Part shown: positions 1 to 9,650 of the stretch, one piece after another
How the letters are laid out: the number at the start of each line of letters is the position of its first letter
How positions within the stretch are numbered: the stretch's first letter is position 1
Assembly: GCA_046704085.1 (NCBI GenBank)
Contig: JBJKSJ010000251.1
Location: forward strand, 12,983-76,982
DNA length: 64,000 bases
Direction of reading: 5' to 3'
From: Ktedonobacterales bacterium
Lineage (GTDB): Bacteria > Chloroflexota > Ktedonobacteria > Ktedonobacterales > DATBGS01
Made by a program: the position numbers and the translations under genes
The notes under the pieces: model-generated
The model's database searches: none
What the model saw: only the letters and a program-made list of their open reading frames with translations
What the model was told of the DNA's origin: nothing

Positions 1-2
1 AG

Positions 3-998
3 GCCGGTGAGACGCACTACACCTCCAACTATGGTATCCCTCAACTCCGCCAGGCAATTGCCCGGCATCTTCGCCACCTGTATGAAATCGACTATGATCC
101 ACTCCATGAGATTTTTGTGACGGTGGGGGTGAGCGAGGGGGTTGATGCTGCGTTGCGCGCCCTTGTCGATCCTGGTGATGAGGTTGTGACGCCCGACCCT
201 GGCTATGTTGCTTACGAGGCAGGCATTGTCTTTGCTGGAGGAGTATCAGTACCTGTACCCAGCTATGCCCAGGATAACTTTGAGGTGAAAGCGACTGCGA
301 TTGAGGCGGCCATTACCCCGCGTACCAAAGCTCTTCTCTTCGGCAACCCCAATAATCCGACCGGCGGCGTGATTGGACGGCAAGAGCTAGAGGCGATTGC
401 TGATGTGGCGCGGCGGCATGACTTGATTGTGATTGTCGATGAGGTATACAGTCGGCTCACCTATGAGCTGGAGCATACGTGCATCGCTGCTTTACCGGGG
501 ATGCGCGAGCGCACTGTGCTGCTGGATGGCTTCTCGAAGGCGTATGCGATGACTGGCTGGCGAATTGGCTACGTGGCCGCGCCTCAGTCAATTTTGGATG
601 CGATGCTGAAGATTCATCAGTATACGATCATGTGCGCTGCAACGATGAGCCAGGCAGCTGCGCTGGAGGCGCTGCTGCATGGTGAGGCGGATGTGCAGCG
701 TATGGTAGCGAGCTATGCTGAGCGCCGCAGGGTGATGGTCGATGGCTTGAATCAGATCGGGCTGACTTGTAGCGACCCCAAAGGCGCCTTTTACGCCTTC
801 CCAGCGATTTCGCGCACCAACATGACCTCGGAGGAGTTTGCTGAGCGCCTCCTCTTTGAGGAGAAGGTGGCAGTCGTCCCTGGGGATGCTTTTGGCGCGG
901 CTGGTGAAGGCTTTGTGCGCTGCGCTTATTGCACGGCACAGGAAAAGATCGAGGAGGCGCTGGAGCGCATGGGTCGCTTTGTAAAGCGCCATTCATGA
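3..998 (+). CDS. Class I/II PLP-dependent aminotransferase (AspC-like), 5' end outside window
   Basis: Frame is open from base 3 (AGETHYTSNYGIPQLRQAIARHL precedes the listed start at 117). Contains NPNNPTG, DEVYSRL and the PLP-lysine block SKAYAMTGWRIGY. Stop at 996-998. Confidence 0.85.
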   Translation, partial: AGETHYTSNYGIPQLRQAIARHLRHLYEIDYDPLHEIFVTVGVSEGVDAALRALVDPGDEVVTPDPGYVAYEAGIVFAGGVSVPVPSYAQDNFEVKATAIEAAITPRTKALLFGNPNNPTGGVIGRQELEAIADVARRHDLIVIVDEVYSRLTYELEHTCIAALPGMRERTVLLDGFSKAYAMTGWRIGYVAAPQSILDAMLKIHQYTIMCAATMSQAAALEALLHGEADVQRMVASYAERRRVMVDGLNQIGLTCSDPKGAFYAFPAISRTNMTSEEFAERLLFEEKVAVVPGDAFGAAGEGFVRCAYCTAQEKIEEALERMGRFVKRHS

Positions 999-1095
999 TG
1001 CGCTCGCAGACGTTGCAGAGAATAAATTAAGAAGCGGAGCCATGTTATAGCCAGAGAGCGGTGTACTCTCTGGTGTCAAAGTCAATGAGGCTGTG

Positions 1096-2583
1096 ATGGC
1101 GATACTCTCTGCTGTGGATTATGAAGTGGTGATTGGGTTGGAGGTCCACGCTCAACTGCTCACCGCGAGCAAGATGTTCTGCCGGTGTAGCGCCAGCTAT
1201 GCTGATGCTGCCCCCAATACGCATAACTGCCCCATTTGCATGGGACTGCCAGGGGTCTTGCCAGTCATCAATGAGCAAGCCGTTGAGTATACCGTGATGA
1301 CGGCCCTGGCACTCAATTGCTCCATTCCATCTTTCTCCAAGTTTGATCGCAAGAACTACTTTTACCCTGACTTGCCGAAGGGCTATCAAATCTCCCAATA
1401 TGATATTCCGCTGAGCCGCAATGGCTACCTGACGATCCGGCTAAAGGATGAAGAGAAGCGGATCGGTATTCACCGCGTTCACCTTGAAGAAGATACCGGG
1501 CGGCTGCTCCATCGTACTGGCCCCGATGGAGTGTCCTTCAGTCTGGTAGACCTCAATCGCGCTGGTGTGCCGCTCATCGAGATTGTCAGCGAACCAGATA
1601 TGCGCTCATCGGAAGAAGCCCGGCTCTATCTGCAAAAGCTGCGGACGACGTTGGTCTATCTGGGCGTGTCGTCGGGGCGCATGGAAGAAGGAAGCCTGCG
1701 TTGTGACGCGAATGTCTCCGTTCGACCCGTAGGGGAAACACGCCTGGGCGTCAAGACAGAAATCAAGAATATGAACTCATTCCGTTCGGTGCAACGCGCG
1801 CTGGAGTATGAAGCTGCGCGGCAAATTGCCCTGCTGCACGAGGGAGGGGCGATCTCGCAGGAGACGCGTGGTTGGGTGGAGGGCAGAGGGATAACGGTCT
1901 CTCAGCGTAGTAAAGAACACGCGCATGATTACCGCTATTTCCCTGAGCCAGATTTGCCGCCGCTGGTACTAAGCCAGGAGTGGATCGAGGCCGTTCGCGC
2001 AAAGATGCCAGAGTTGCCTGATGCGCGGCGCCAGCGTTTTATTGAGCAGTACAATCTCTCTCCCTACGATGCTGAGGTCTTGACATCTGACAGGGCACTG
2101 GCTGATTATTTTGAACAAGCGGTTGGGCTGGCTCATGAGGGAACGCTGCCTGGCCGCGCCAAGGCAGTCGCAAACTGGATTACAGGCGATCTCTCGCGGC
2201 TCTTGAATGCTGCGGGCAAAGAGATAGGCGCGTGCCCTGTGACGCCGAACGGTTTAGCCGGGCTGATTGATCTGATCGCCCAGGAGCGCATCGGCGGCAA
2301 TCAAGCCAAAGAGGTGTTGGAAAAAGCCTTCGCCAGCAGGCGCCAGCCAGTTGAGATCGTTGAACAAGAAGGGATCGCTCAAATGAGCGATCAGAACGAA
2401 CTGGAGCGGCTCATTGAGGAAGTCCTGGCGGCCAGCCCCAAGGCGGTTGAAGATTTTCAGCGTGGTAAAGAATCTTCTGTCACCTGGCTGATCGGTCAGG
2501 TAATGAAGCGCAGCGCTGGGCGCGCCAAACCTGCATTGGTACGCCCGTTGCTGCTGGAAAAATTACAAGCCAAATCATCATAG
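1096..2583 (+). CDS. gatB: Asp-tRNA(Asn)/Glu-tRNA(Gln) amidotransferase subunit B
   Basis: N-terminus [13 protein letters not shown], then [36 protein letters not shown] and a C-terminal YqeY-like tail. GAGG sits upstream of the ATG at 1096. Confidence 0.95.
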   Translation: MAILSAVDYEVVIGLEVHAQLLTASKMFCRCSASYADAAPNTHNCPICMGLPGVLPVINEQAVEYTVMTALALNCSIPSFSKFDRKNYFYPDLPKGYQISQYDIPLSRNGYLTIRLKDEEKRIGIHRVHLEEDTGRLLHRTGPDGVSFSLVDLNRAGVPLIEIVSEPDMRSSEEARLYLQKLRTTLVYLGVSSGRMEEGSLRCDANVSVRPVGETRLGVKTEIKNMNSFRSVQRALEYEAARQIALLHEGGAISQETRGWVEGRGITVSQRSKEHAHDYRYFPEPDLPPLVLSQEWIEAVRAKMPELPDARRQRFIEQYNLSPYDAEVLTSDRALADYFEQAVGLAHEGTLPGRAKAVANWITGDLSRLLNAAGKEIGACPVTPNGLAGLIDLIAQERIGGNQAKEVLEKAFASRRQPVEIVEQEGIAQMSDQNELERLIEEVLAASPKAVEDFQRGKESSVTWLIGQVMKRSAGRAKPALVRPLLLEKLQAKSS

Positions 2584-2708
2584 CTGGTGTCGGCTGCTGC
2601 GACGTCGGCGAGAACCGATGGCAAAGGGCTTCTGCAAAACAGGAGCGAAACAATGGGGACTCCGGCGCAATGGTGCGCCATCACATTGTAGAGAAAGGGA
2701 ACCCGGCA

Positions 2709-3977
2709 ATGCACAAAGCTGTGCCAGAATCGGCGCCAATCAACCCCTATCACATGGCGGTAGCTCAGTTTGACGTGGCTGCGGAGAAGTTGAATCTGAG
2801 CGAGGATATGCGTCAGGTTCTGCGCTATCCCAAGCGCGAATTGATCGTCAATTTCCCAGTGCGTATGGATAACGGCTCAATCCGCATGTTCACGGGCTTT
2901 CGTGTGCAGCATAACGTGAATCGTGGACCAGCCAAAGGGGGCATCCGCTTCAGCCCCGAAGTGACCCACGATGAGGTCAAAGCGCTTTCCATGTGGATGA
3001 CGTGGAAGTGTGCAGTGGTAGGTATTCCCTATGGAGGCGCGAAGGGTGGCGTCATCTGCAACCCGAAAGAGATGAGCATTGGAGAGCTAGAGCGCCTCAC
3101 CCGGCGCTATGCTACAGAGATTGCGATCTTGATCGGCCCCACGAGCGATATTCCTGCCCCTGACGTGAATACCAACTCCCAGGTGATGGCCTGGATTATG
3201 GATACCTACTCGATGCACGCGGGCTATTCAGTTCCCGCAGTTGTGACTGGCAAGCCTCTGGCAATAGGAGGCAGCGAAGGGCGCAACGATGCAACCGCCA
3301 GTGGAGTGGTATCCGTAATTAAGAAAGCGGCTCAACATCTGAACATGAAGCTGCCAGGATTGCGCGTAGCTATCCAGGGGTATGGGAACGCTGGAGCTAT
3401 CGCGGCGCGCCTGCTGCATGCTGAGGGGTGTAAGATCGTGGCGGTGAGTGATACGCAGGGGGGCATCTATAACGAGGCGGGGTTGGACCCATCCAGGGTT
3501 TCGCTGCACAAGCAGGAGCAAGGGACGGTGGTTGGCTTCCCTGGTACGCAGAAGGTAGGCATCCGCGAGGTGTTAGAGTTGCCTTGCGATATTCTTATTC
3601 CCGCTGCGACGGAGGGGATGCTGACGATTGAGAACGCTGAGCGGGTTCAGGCAAAAATTGTCGCCGAGGCCGCCAATGGTCCCACGACGCCTGATGCGGA
3701 TCGCATCTTCTACAAACGGGGGGTCTTTGTCATCCCTGATATTCTAGCGAATGCTGGAGGAGTGACCGTCAGCTACTTTGAGTGGGTGCAGGATCTTCAG
3801 AGCTTCTTCTGGAGCAATGAGGAGATTGCAGCCAAGCTTGAGACGATCATGTCACGGGCTTTCCAGTCGGTCCTGGAGAAGTCGCTTGCCTATCAGTGCG
3901 ATATGCGCACGGCGGCATACATGGTTGCCATTGCGCGTGTAGCCGAGGCGACCCAACTGCGCGGCATTTATCCGTGA
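2709..3977 (+). CDS. gdhA: Glutamate dehydrogenase (Glu/Leu/Phe/Val dehydrogenase family)
   Basis: RVQHNVNRGPAKGGIRF, catalytic block IPYGGAKGG, Rossmann motif IQGYGNAGA, ANAGGVTVSYFEWVQ. Start could be 2670 (GTG) or 2709 (ATG); 2709 chosen. Confidence 0.9.
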   Translation: MHKAVPESAPINPYHMAVAQFDVAAEKLNLSEDMRQVLRYPKRELIVNFPVRMDNGSIRMFTGFRVQHNVNRGPAKGGIRFSPEVTHDEVKALSMWMTWKCAVVGIPYGGAKGGVICNPKEMSIGELERLTRRYATEIAILIGPTSDIPAPDVNTNSQVMAWIMDTYSMHAGYSVPAVVTGKPLAIGGSEGRNDATASGVVSVIKKAAQHLNMKLPGLRVAIQGYGNAGAIAARLLHAEGCKIVAVSDTQGGIYNEAGLDPSRVSLHKQEQGTVVGFPGTQKVGIREVLELPCDILIPAATEGMLTIENAERVQAKIVAEAANGPTTPDADRIFYKRGVFVIPDILANAGGVTVSYFEWVQDLQSFFWSNEEIAAKLETIMSRAFQSVLEKSLAYQCDMRTAAYMVAIARVAEATQLRGIYP

Positions 3978-4022
3978 TAGTCCCCCAGAACCCTGGCTCT
4001 GGATCAAAGCAGAGCTACTAGG

Positions 4023-4094
4023 AGAGGAGCCGCTGCTGGCTTCCAGCGGGTCTATTCCTCGCTGTATCTGTTCAGCAGCGGCTCCTCTTTCTTG
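4023..4094 (+). terminator. Long stem-loop downstream of gdh
   Basis: 16-nt arms AGAGGAGCCGCTGCTG (4023-4038) and CAGCAGCGGCTCCTCT (4073-4088), followed by a T-rich tract TTTCTT. Confidence 0.5.
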
Positions 4095-4149
4095 GAATGT
4101 CGCGTTATGTGGCGCACGCGCCACAACAGTCTTCTACACGCTATTGCTT

Positions 4150-4938
4150 ATGAAGCAGGAATCAGGTGAATTAACGGGGAACTCTCAAGAGCCAGGCGAA
4201 CAGGCTGGTACACCATCTTTTCCTGTGTCCTCTCTCCCGAAGAGGAAGAGAATATTCCAGGAGCGCCCCGCTCAGCCGGGTCAAGCCGTTCACTCTGCTC
4301 AGGATGAACGGCTGGAACGCCTTCGAGAACTGCGCAAACAACGCCAGCAATCTGGTTCTGGGCAGCTTCCTTCAGGAGGATACGAGCGGCGAGGATTGCC
4401 AACCCCTCCTCCGCCTCAGCCAGCATTTCAGGAGATCGTCAGAAACTGGTGGTATCATGGCCCCTTTCCAAGCCAATCGCCATCTCCACGTTCCGCAGGC
4501 GCCAGCGAGAGCAAAACAGGGGAAGATGCGTTGCGCCGCTCCCAGACAGGGGAATCTAGACCCTGGGAGGCCCGAACAAGAGCCTTGCTCACCCAGGGTC
4601 ATAAGACGCTTGCCATCGTAAAGGTTAAGGCGCAGGTGCTTGCGAGCCAGGCCAAAAGCTTCCTCAACCAGAAGATGCAAAGTCAGCACCAGTCTCCTAG
4701 GAGCGAAGAGACGGTGCCGGGAATGATTGTTCTTGGTTTTGCCCCTGCTATCTCTCGGCAAGAAGCAGCGCAGGTGATCGGCGTCCTTGGAGGCAAGCCG
4801 CTGCGCCACAAGGCGGCGCTCAATGTATATCAGGTCGCCGTACCTCCTGGACAAGAGGAGTTCTTGATCCAGCAATATCTGCTTCAACCTGGCATTGTTT
4901 CTGCCACCCTGGAACGGGTTCCTCCTCCGCAGCACTGA
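4150..4938 (+). CDS. Hypothetical protein: Pro/Gln/Ser-rich disordered N-terminal half, compact C-terminal domain resembling a subtilase propeptide (I9/fervidolysin-N-like)
   Basis: 264-aa ORF (TTG 4144 or ATG 4150). The C-terminal roughly 70 aa (MIVLGFAPAISRQEAAQVIGVLGGKPLRHKAALNVYQVAVPPGQEEFLIQQYLLQPGIVSATLE) follows the beta-alpha-beta pattern of S8 prodomains. No catalytic domain is present. Confidence 0.45.
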   Translation: MKQESGELTGNSQEPGEQAGTPSFPVSSLPKRKRIFQERPAQPGQAVHSAQDERLERLRELRKQRQQSGSGQLPSGGYERRGLPTPPPPQPAFQEIVRNWWYHGPFPSQSPSPRSAGASESKTGEDALRRSQTGESRPWEARTRALLTQGHKTLAIVKVKAQVLASQAKSFLNQKMQSQHQSPRSEETVPGMIVLGFAPAISRQEAAQVIGVLGGKPLRHKAALNVYQVAVPPGQEEFLIQQYLLQPGIVSATLERVPPPQH

Positions 4939-5030
4939 CTCATGGTAGATGGGATTGTTGCTGCTCTGCCTGAAAAGAGCGCCTGATATTTCTCTTCAAC
5001 AAGAAGCATGTCTTTGCAAAGGAGTAGCGA

Positions 5031-6800
5031 ATGCCAGACCAACAAGCAGACCAGGGTGTTCACGTTGACTTTGATGTGCCAGCCAGGATGCGTGATGGGA
5101 TCACTCTGCGCGCCAACATCTATCGCCCAGCCACCGAGGGGAGCTATCCAGTCTTGCTGACGCGCCTGCCTTATGGCAAAGATTTTCCGCTCGGCTCGTC
5201 GGTTCTGGACCCGGTGCAGGCAGCCCGACGCGGCTATATCCTGGTGGTGCAGGATACACGGGGACGCTTTGCCTCTGAGGGCGAGTGGTATCCGCTGCGA
5301 GATGAGGGGCCAGATAGCTACGACACGATTGAGTGGGCAGCAACCCTTCCAGGGAGCAATGGGAAGGTGGGGATGTATGGCGCTTCCTACTTTGGCTTTA
5401 CCCAGTGGGTGGGCGCCATCGAGCGCCCGCCGCACCTGGCTGCGATGTTTCCCCATGTCACCTGGGCCGATCCGCATAATGGCGTGTTCAGCCGGGGAGG
5501 CGCCCTGGAGTTAGGGATTCAGGCAAGCTGGCTGCTTGAGACTGGCCTGGATACCGTGCTGCGCCGGGAACGAGGCAATCCTGATCCGCGTGTGGGCTTT
5601 AGTAAACTGGTGGCGCTGGCGCATGAGATAGATCACCTCCCCAATGAAGGCTATCGCTCTCTCCCGCTGAAAGCGTTTGAGCCATTCCGCCACACTGATC
5701 TGGGCCAATCATTTTTCGATGCCATTGAGCATCCTTTTGCGCCAGCATATTCAGCCCCCTCGACCATCCTGGGGCATCATGCTCAGGTAAGTGTGCCAAC
5801 CTATAATACGGGAGGCTGGTATGATATTTTTCTGGCGGGTACGCTGCAAAACTATCAAGAGATGCGCGCCAAAGGCGCAACCTCAGAATCCCGCCAGCCC
5901 ATGCTTTTGATTGGCCCCTGGTCGCATACTAATGCTGGTCATACGGTGGGGGATGTCGCCTTTGGCTATGGCGCGTCAGCGGCGCTCATTAACCTTCAGA
6001 TTGATTTGATGAGCCTGCAATTGCGCTGGTTTGATCGCTGGCTCAGGGGAATAGAAAACGGGATTGACCGCGAGCCGCCAGTCAGGCTCTTTGTGATGGG
6101 CGAGAATGTCTGGCGTGATGAGCAGGAGTGGCCGCTGGCGCGCGCGATACCCACTCCGTTCTACCTGCATAGCAATGGACACGCCAATACGCTCGCTGGT
6201 GATGGCTCACTGAGTCTGGAACTTCCAGGCGATGAGTCGGTTGATCGTTTTGTCTATGATCCGCTCAATCCCGTCCCCACCCTGGGCGGAGCCTTGCTGA
6301 TGCCGCCAATTTATCGCCCTGGCCCGCGCGATCAGCAGCCGATTGAGCGTCGCGCAGATATGCTGGTCTATACGAGCGCGCCATTGGAGCGCGCGCTCGA
6401 AGTGACCGGGCCAGTGACGGTCAGCCTCTGGGCCGCTTCCAGCACGCCAGACACTGATTTTGTGGCACGGTTAGTCGATGTGTATGAAGATGGCTTTGCG
6501 CAAAACCTGACGGATGGAATTATTCGCGCGCGGTATCGTCACAGCCTTCAGTCGCCTGAATCATTGGAGCCAGGGAAAGCCTACGAGTATACTATTGATC
6601 TGTGGGCGACGAGCAACGTCTTTCAGGCAGGCCATTGCATTCGTCTGGATATTACCAGCAGCAACTTCCCGCGTTGGGATCGTAATCTAAACACCAGCCA
6701 TGAGATTGGCACTGATGCGGAGGCGCAAAGCGCCACGCAGACCATTATGCACAGCCGTGTGTATCCCTCTCATGTCCTCTTGCCAGTGATTCCACGTTAG
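5031..6800 (+). CDS. CocE/NonD family alpha/beta hydrolase (X-Pro dipeptidyl-peptidase S15 family)
   Basis: N-terminus RDGITLRANIYRP...YPVLLTRLPYGK, nucleophile elbow GMYGASYFG, C-terminal jelly-roll region LTDGIIRARYR...FQAGHCIRLDITSSNFPRWDRN. AAGGAG RBS. Confidence 0.85.
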   Translation: MPDQQADQGVHVDFDVPARMRDGITLRANIYRPATEGSYPVLLTRLPYGKDFPLGSSVLDPVQAARRGYILVVQDTRGRFASEGEWYPLRDEGPDSYDTIEWAATLPGSNGKVGMYGASYFGFTQWVGAIERPPHLAAMFPHVTWADPHNGVFSRGGALELGIQASWLLETGLDTVLRRERGNPDPRVGFSKLVALAHEIDHLPNEGYRSLPLKAFEPFRHTDLGQSFFDAIEHPFAPAYSAPSTILGHHAQVSVPTYNTGGWYDIFLAGTLQNYQEMRAKGATSESRQPMLLIGPWSHTNAGHTVGDVAFGYGASAALINLQIDLMSLQLRWFDRWLRGIENGIDREPPVRLFVMGENVWRDEQEWPLARAIPTPFYLHSNGHANTLAGDGSLSLELPGDESVDRFVYDPLNPVPTLGGALLMPPIYRPGPRDQQPIERRADMLVYTSAPLERALEVTGPVTVSLWAASSTPDTDFVARLVDVYEDGFAQNLTDGIIRARYRHSLQSPESLEPGKAYEYTIDLWATSNVFQAGHCIRLDITSSNFPRWDRNLNTSHEIGTDAEAQSATQTIMHSRVYPSHVLLPVIPR

Positions 6801-6819
6801 CAACGAAGCGAGTGAGCCG

Positions 6820-7467
6820 GTGCGAACCAAAGCCATTCCAAAGCGTGGTTCAGATGATCCGCCTAATGAACACACATGGGTGCGTGATAAGGATGCCACG
6901 CGGCAGCGTATTTTAGACGCGGCGGAGGAGGTTTTTGCCGAGAAAGGGTATCATGGGGCAGTCGTAGATGACATCATTCGCGTAGCAAAAACGTCCAAAG
7001 GCGGTTTCTACTTCCATTTTCCCAGCAAACAAGGGATTTTTCTGGCGCTGATTGAGGCGCTGGCGCCAAAACTGATGGCAGCGGTGGATCGCGCTATTGA
7101 ACGCGAGGAAACGGCTACTGCGAAGGTTGACGCGGCGCTGCGCACCGTCTTAGATCAGTTTTCCCGTCATCGCCGCTTGAGCAAGATTTTACTGATAGAG
7201 GCCAACGGGCTGGGGCATGGGTTTGACGAGAAGATTATCGAGATTCACGGCCAGTTTGCAGTCTTGATTCAGCGGTATCTCGATCTGGCCGTAACTGAAA
7301 AGGTCATTGAGCCGCTGGATACCGAACTCGCCGCCTATGCCTGGTTTGGGGCGATCAATGAAGTGGTCGTACGTTGGCTGGTGACGCCAGACCCTGAGCC
7401 TCTGGATCGCTCATTCCCCGCACTGCGCGCCCTGCTCTTGCGCAGTGTGGGAATGATCATCTCTTGA
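6820..7467 (+). CDS. TetR/AcrR family transcriptional regulator
   Basis: HTH region RQRILDAAEEVFAEKGYHGAVVDDIIRVAKTSKGGFYFHFPSKQGIF. Begins 20 nt after the cocE-type gene, so the two are probably co-transcribed. Confidence 0.9.
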   Translation: MRTKAIPKRGSDDPPNEHTWVRDKDATRQRILDAAEEVFAEKGYHGAVVDDIIRVAKTSKGGFYFHFPSKQGIFLALIEALAPKLMAAVDRAIEREETATAKVDAALRTVLDQFSRHRRLSKILLIEANGLGHGFDEKIIEIHGQFAVLIQRYLDLAVTEKVIEPLDTELAAYAWFGAINEVVVRWLVTPDPEPLDRSFPALRALLLRSVGMIIS

Positions 7468-7472
7468 GGTCT

Positions 7473-8285
7473 TTATTTCCAGCGCGTCAGGATCGTCTCG
7501 CGCTCAAAGAGCCGCGCGGCCAACCGCAGCAAGACGACATCGACGATGACAATAAGCGTCGCCAGGACCAGCATGGTGACCGTGTTGACAACGGAGATGC
7601 CCAACAGTTGACTGAAGAACAGGATCAAGATGGGCAAAATGACAAACGTGTTCAATTGCTCGGCGGCGCGCGGGTCGTTAGAGCGCGAGCTGACCATCAG
7701 CCCAATACAGACACTCAGTAATGTGAGTAAGGGTACCACGATAAACATCGCCAGCAGCCAGGTTGAATTAAAGATCGCGCTGTAGACAGCATCACTTAGC
7801 ACCAACAGGCGCGCCATGACGAGATAGATGATGAAACAGAGCCAGGTGCTTAAAACACCCGGAATCAGCGCCGCCAATCCTTTCGCAAGCAATAATTCAG
7901 GGATAGAGATAGGCGTCGCCAGGAGAGGTTCCAGACTACGATCTCGCTTCTCCCCCACAATGCTATAAGCCGCCATTGCGACTGGCAATGGCAGGGCCAG
8001 AATCAGGAAGAGGAGCATAAACTGGTTGGCAAGAGCCGCTTGAAAGATTTCGCCCGGCTGAAGATTGTGGAGCGCGGGATTCTGGCGGAGAAAGGCGGGC
8101 AAGCTATTGCCCACGCCAAGCTGTTGGGCAGAGACGGTGCGGGCAACTCCCAGCAGGATTAAAGGGACCGCTGTGAGTACCAGCGGCAGCAGAATGCCGA
8201 TGAGTAAAATATAGCGATTCTTGAACGCATCCAGCCATTCTTTGATAACTACAATGCGGATACGCCGTAGCGAACTGGTACTCAT
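7473..8285 (-). CDS. ABC-2 type transporter permease
   Basis: Six predicted TM segments. C-terminus LFERETILTRWK matches the paralog at 47958-48722. The ATG at 8285 follows GGAGG and overlaps the ATPase stop (ATGA). Confidence 0.8.
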   Translation of the reverse strand: MSTSSLRRIRIVVIKEWLDAFKNRYILLIGILLPLVLTAVPLILLGVARTVSAQQLGVGNSLPAFLRQNPALHNLQPGEIFQAALANQFMLLFLILALPLPVAMAAYSIVGEKRDRSLEPLLATPISIPELLLAKGLAALIPGVLSTWLCFIIYLVMARLLVLSDAVYSAIFNSTWLLAMFIVVPLLTLLSVCIGLMVSSRSNDPRAAEQLNTFVILPILILFFSQLLGISVVNTVTMLVLATLIVIVDVVLLRLAARLFERETILTRWK

Positions 8286-9307
8286 CCGTGCCTCCATTCT
8301 CTTGTTGCTCCACCTGACGGCGTTCGGAGAACCGGGGGGTGTTGTGATACCTGGCTGCGTGGCATTGGTGTTCCTGGCTGATAGTCATCAGCCAGGAGGG
8401 TCAAATAGGCATCCTCCAGAGAGTGGGCTGCCTCCCCTACTGAGAAAAGATCGGCGCCAGCTTCTACCAGCCGCCGTACCATTGCCGCTGTGGCTTCCTG
8501 GCGTTCTGCGCCAGTTGTTAACGTAGCCGTCAGTGTATCGCCAGAAAATGTGACAGTACGGACAAATGGCAGCGCGTTCAACAACGTCTGATACGTGGCC
8601 GGGCGCCCACGCATCCGAAATGTCACTTGCGGCTCCCACAGTTCCTCACGCAGATGCTCAGGGGTATCCACGCGCAGTAAATGCTGGCGCATGATGCCGA
8701 CGCGATCACATAATTGATCGGCTTCAACCAGATTGTGGGTACAGAGAAAGACGGTGCGCCCCTCGGCGCGCAGTTCGGCAATCGACTCACGCACCATTCT
8801 GGCCGCTTCTGGGTCCAGCCCGCTGGTTGGCTCATCCAGGAACAGCACCTGTGGCTCATGAAGCAGCGCGCGCGCGATGGCTAGTTTCTGCTTCATCCCC
8901 TTCGAGAAGCTGGCAACCGGGTCTTTCCGTTGATTCCAGAGGTCCATTAACTGAAGATAGCGCTTTACCTGGACCTCACCATCGGTGACATCATAGAGGC
9001 CAGCGAAGATGCGTAGGTTTTGCTCGGCGCTTAGGCGCTCGTATAATCCAGGCACTTCGGTGAGGAGTCCAACGCTGCGACGAATAACCGCATTGACCTC
9101 ATCACTGATCCCAATCTGCTGCCCAGCGACCCAGGCTTCGCCAGAAGTGGGGGTGATGAGCGTACTGAGCAGACGCACAGTGGTGGTCTTGCCTGCGCCA
9201 TTAGGGCCAAGGAACCCAAAAACCTCACCCTGGTCAATCTCCAGGGAGAGCGATTCAACGGCGGTTGTGGTATCAAACCGTTTGGTTAAGTTGACGGTCC
9301 GAATCAT
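8282..9307 (-). CDS. ABC transporter ATP-binding protein (ABC-2 / DrrA-like) with C-terminal extension
   Basis: Walker A GPNGAGKTT, signature FSKGMKQKLAIA, Walker B LFLDEPTSGLD, H-loop CTHNL. Start placed at MIRTVNLTKRF. Confidence 0.9.
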   Translation of the reverse strand: MIRTVNLTKRFDTTTAVESLSLEIDQGEVFGFLGPNGAGKTTTVRLLSTLITPTSGEAWVAGQQIGISDEVNAVIRRSVGLLTEVPGLYERLSAEQNLRIFAGLYDVTDGEVQVKRYLQLMDLWNQRKDPVASFSKGMKQKLAIARALLHEPQVLFLDEPTSGLDPEAARMVRESIAELRAEGRTVFLCTHNLVEADQLCDRVGIMRQHLLRVDTPEHLREELWEPQVTFRMRGRPATYQTLLNALPFVRTVTFSGDTLTATLTTGAERQEATAAMVRRLVEAGADLFSVGEAAHSLEDAYLTLLADDYQPGTPMPRSQVSQHPPVLRTPSGGATREWRHG

Positions 9308-9650
9308 ATCTTCCCCCGCCCACTTGTGGAGTTGTGTGCAAGCGGCCACAATGTCAATCAGATCGCGCTAATAGCTGGTGGTAGGATGGATGTCGTGCCC
9401 CGTATTATAACCCATGCGTTTGATGGAAGCTAGAGGGCTTCAGCGCAGCAATACAGGAAAGCCCTGAGCTACTGAAAATGTGCGCTTTTCAGAGCATCTC
9501 GCTCGTAGTATCATACACGAGAGCGAGGATGAGCAATTCGGAAAAGGGGTTGTGCGCACCAAGAGAGGCTGGGGCAAAGGTAGGCGATAGGGAAGCAAAA
9601 TGTCTGTGGAGTCTCCTGTGCGGCTAGCTTTGCGCTAATGGGAGAGATTT

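Noticed and set aside
7465-7475. TetR gene and ABC-2 permease gene ending only 5 bp apart (tail-to-tail), considered as a regulatory pairing
   Set aside because: The convergent arrangement leaves no shared promoter. TetR regulators usually act on divergent or downstream genes. It is noted only as a compact junction without terminator space.
9498-9527. Imperfect inverted repeat CTCGCTCGT...ACGAGAGCGAG in the ABC-2 / kinase intergenic region, considered as a TetR operator
   Set aside because: The arms are unequal (a 2-nt bulge). The TetR gene is at the far, 3' end of the ABC-2 operon and appears co-transcribed with the CocE-type gene, so nothing links the two.
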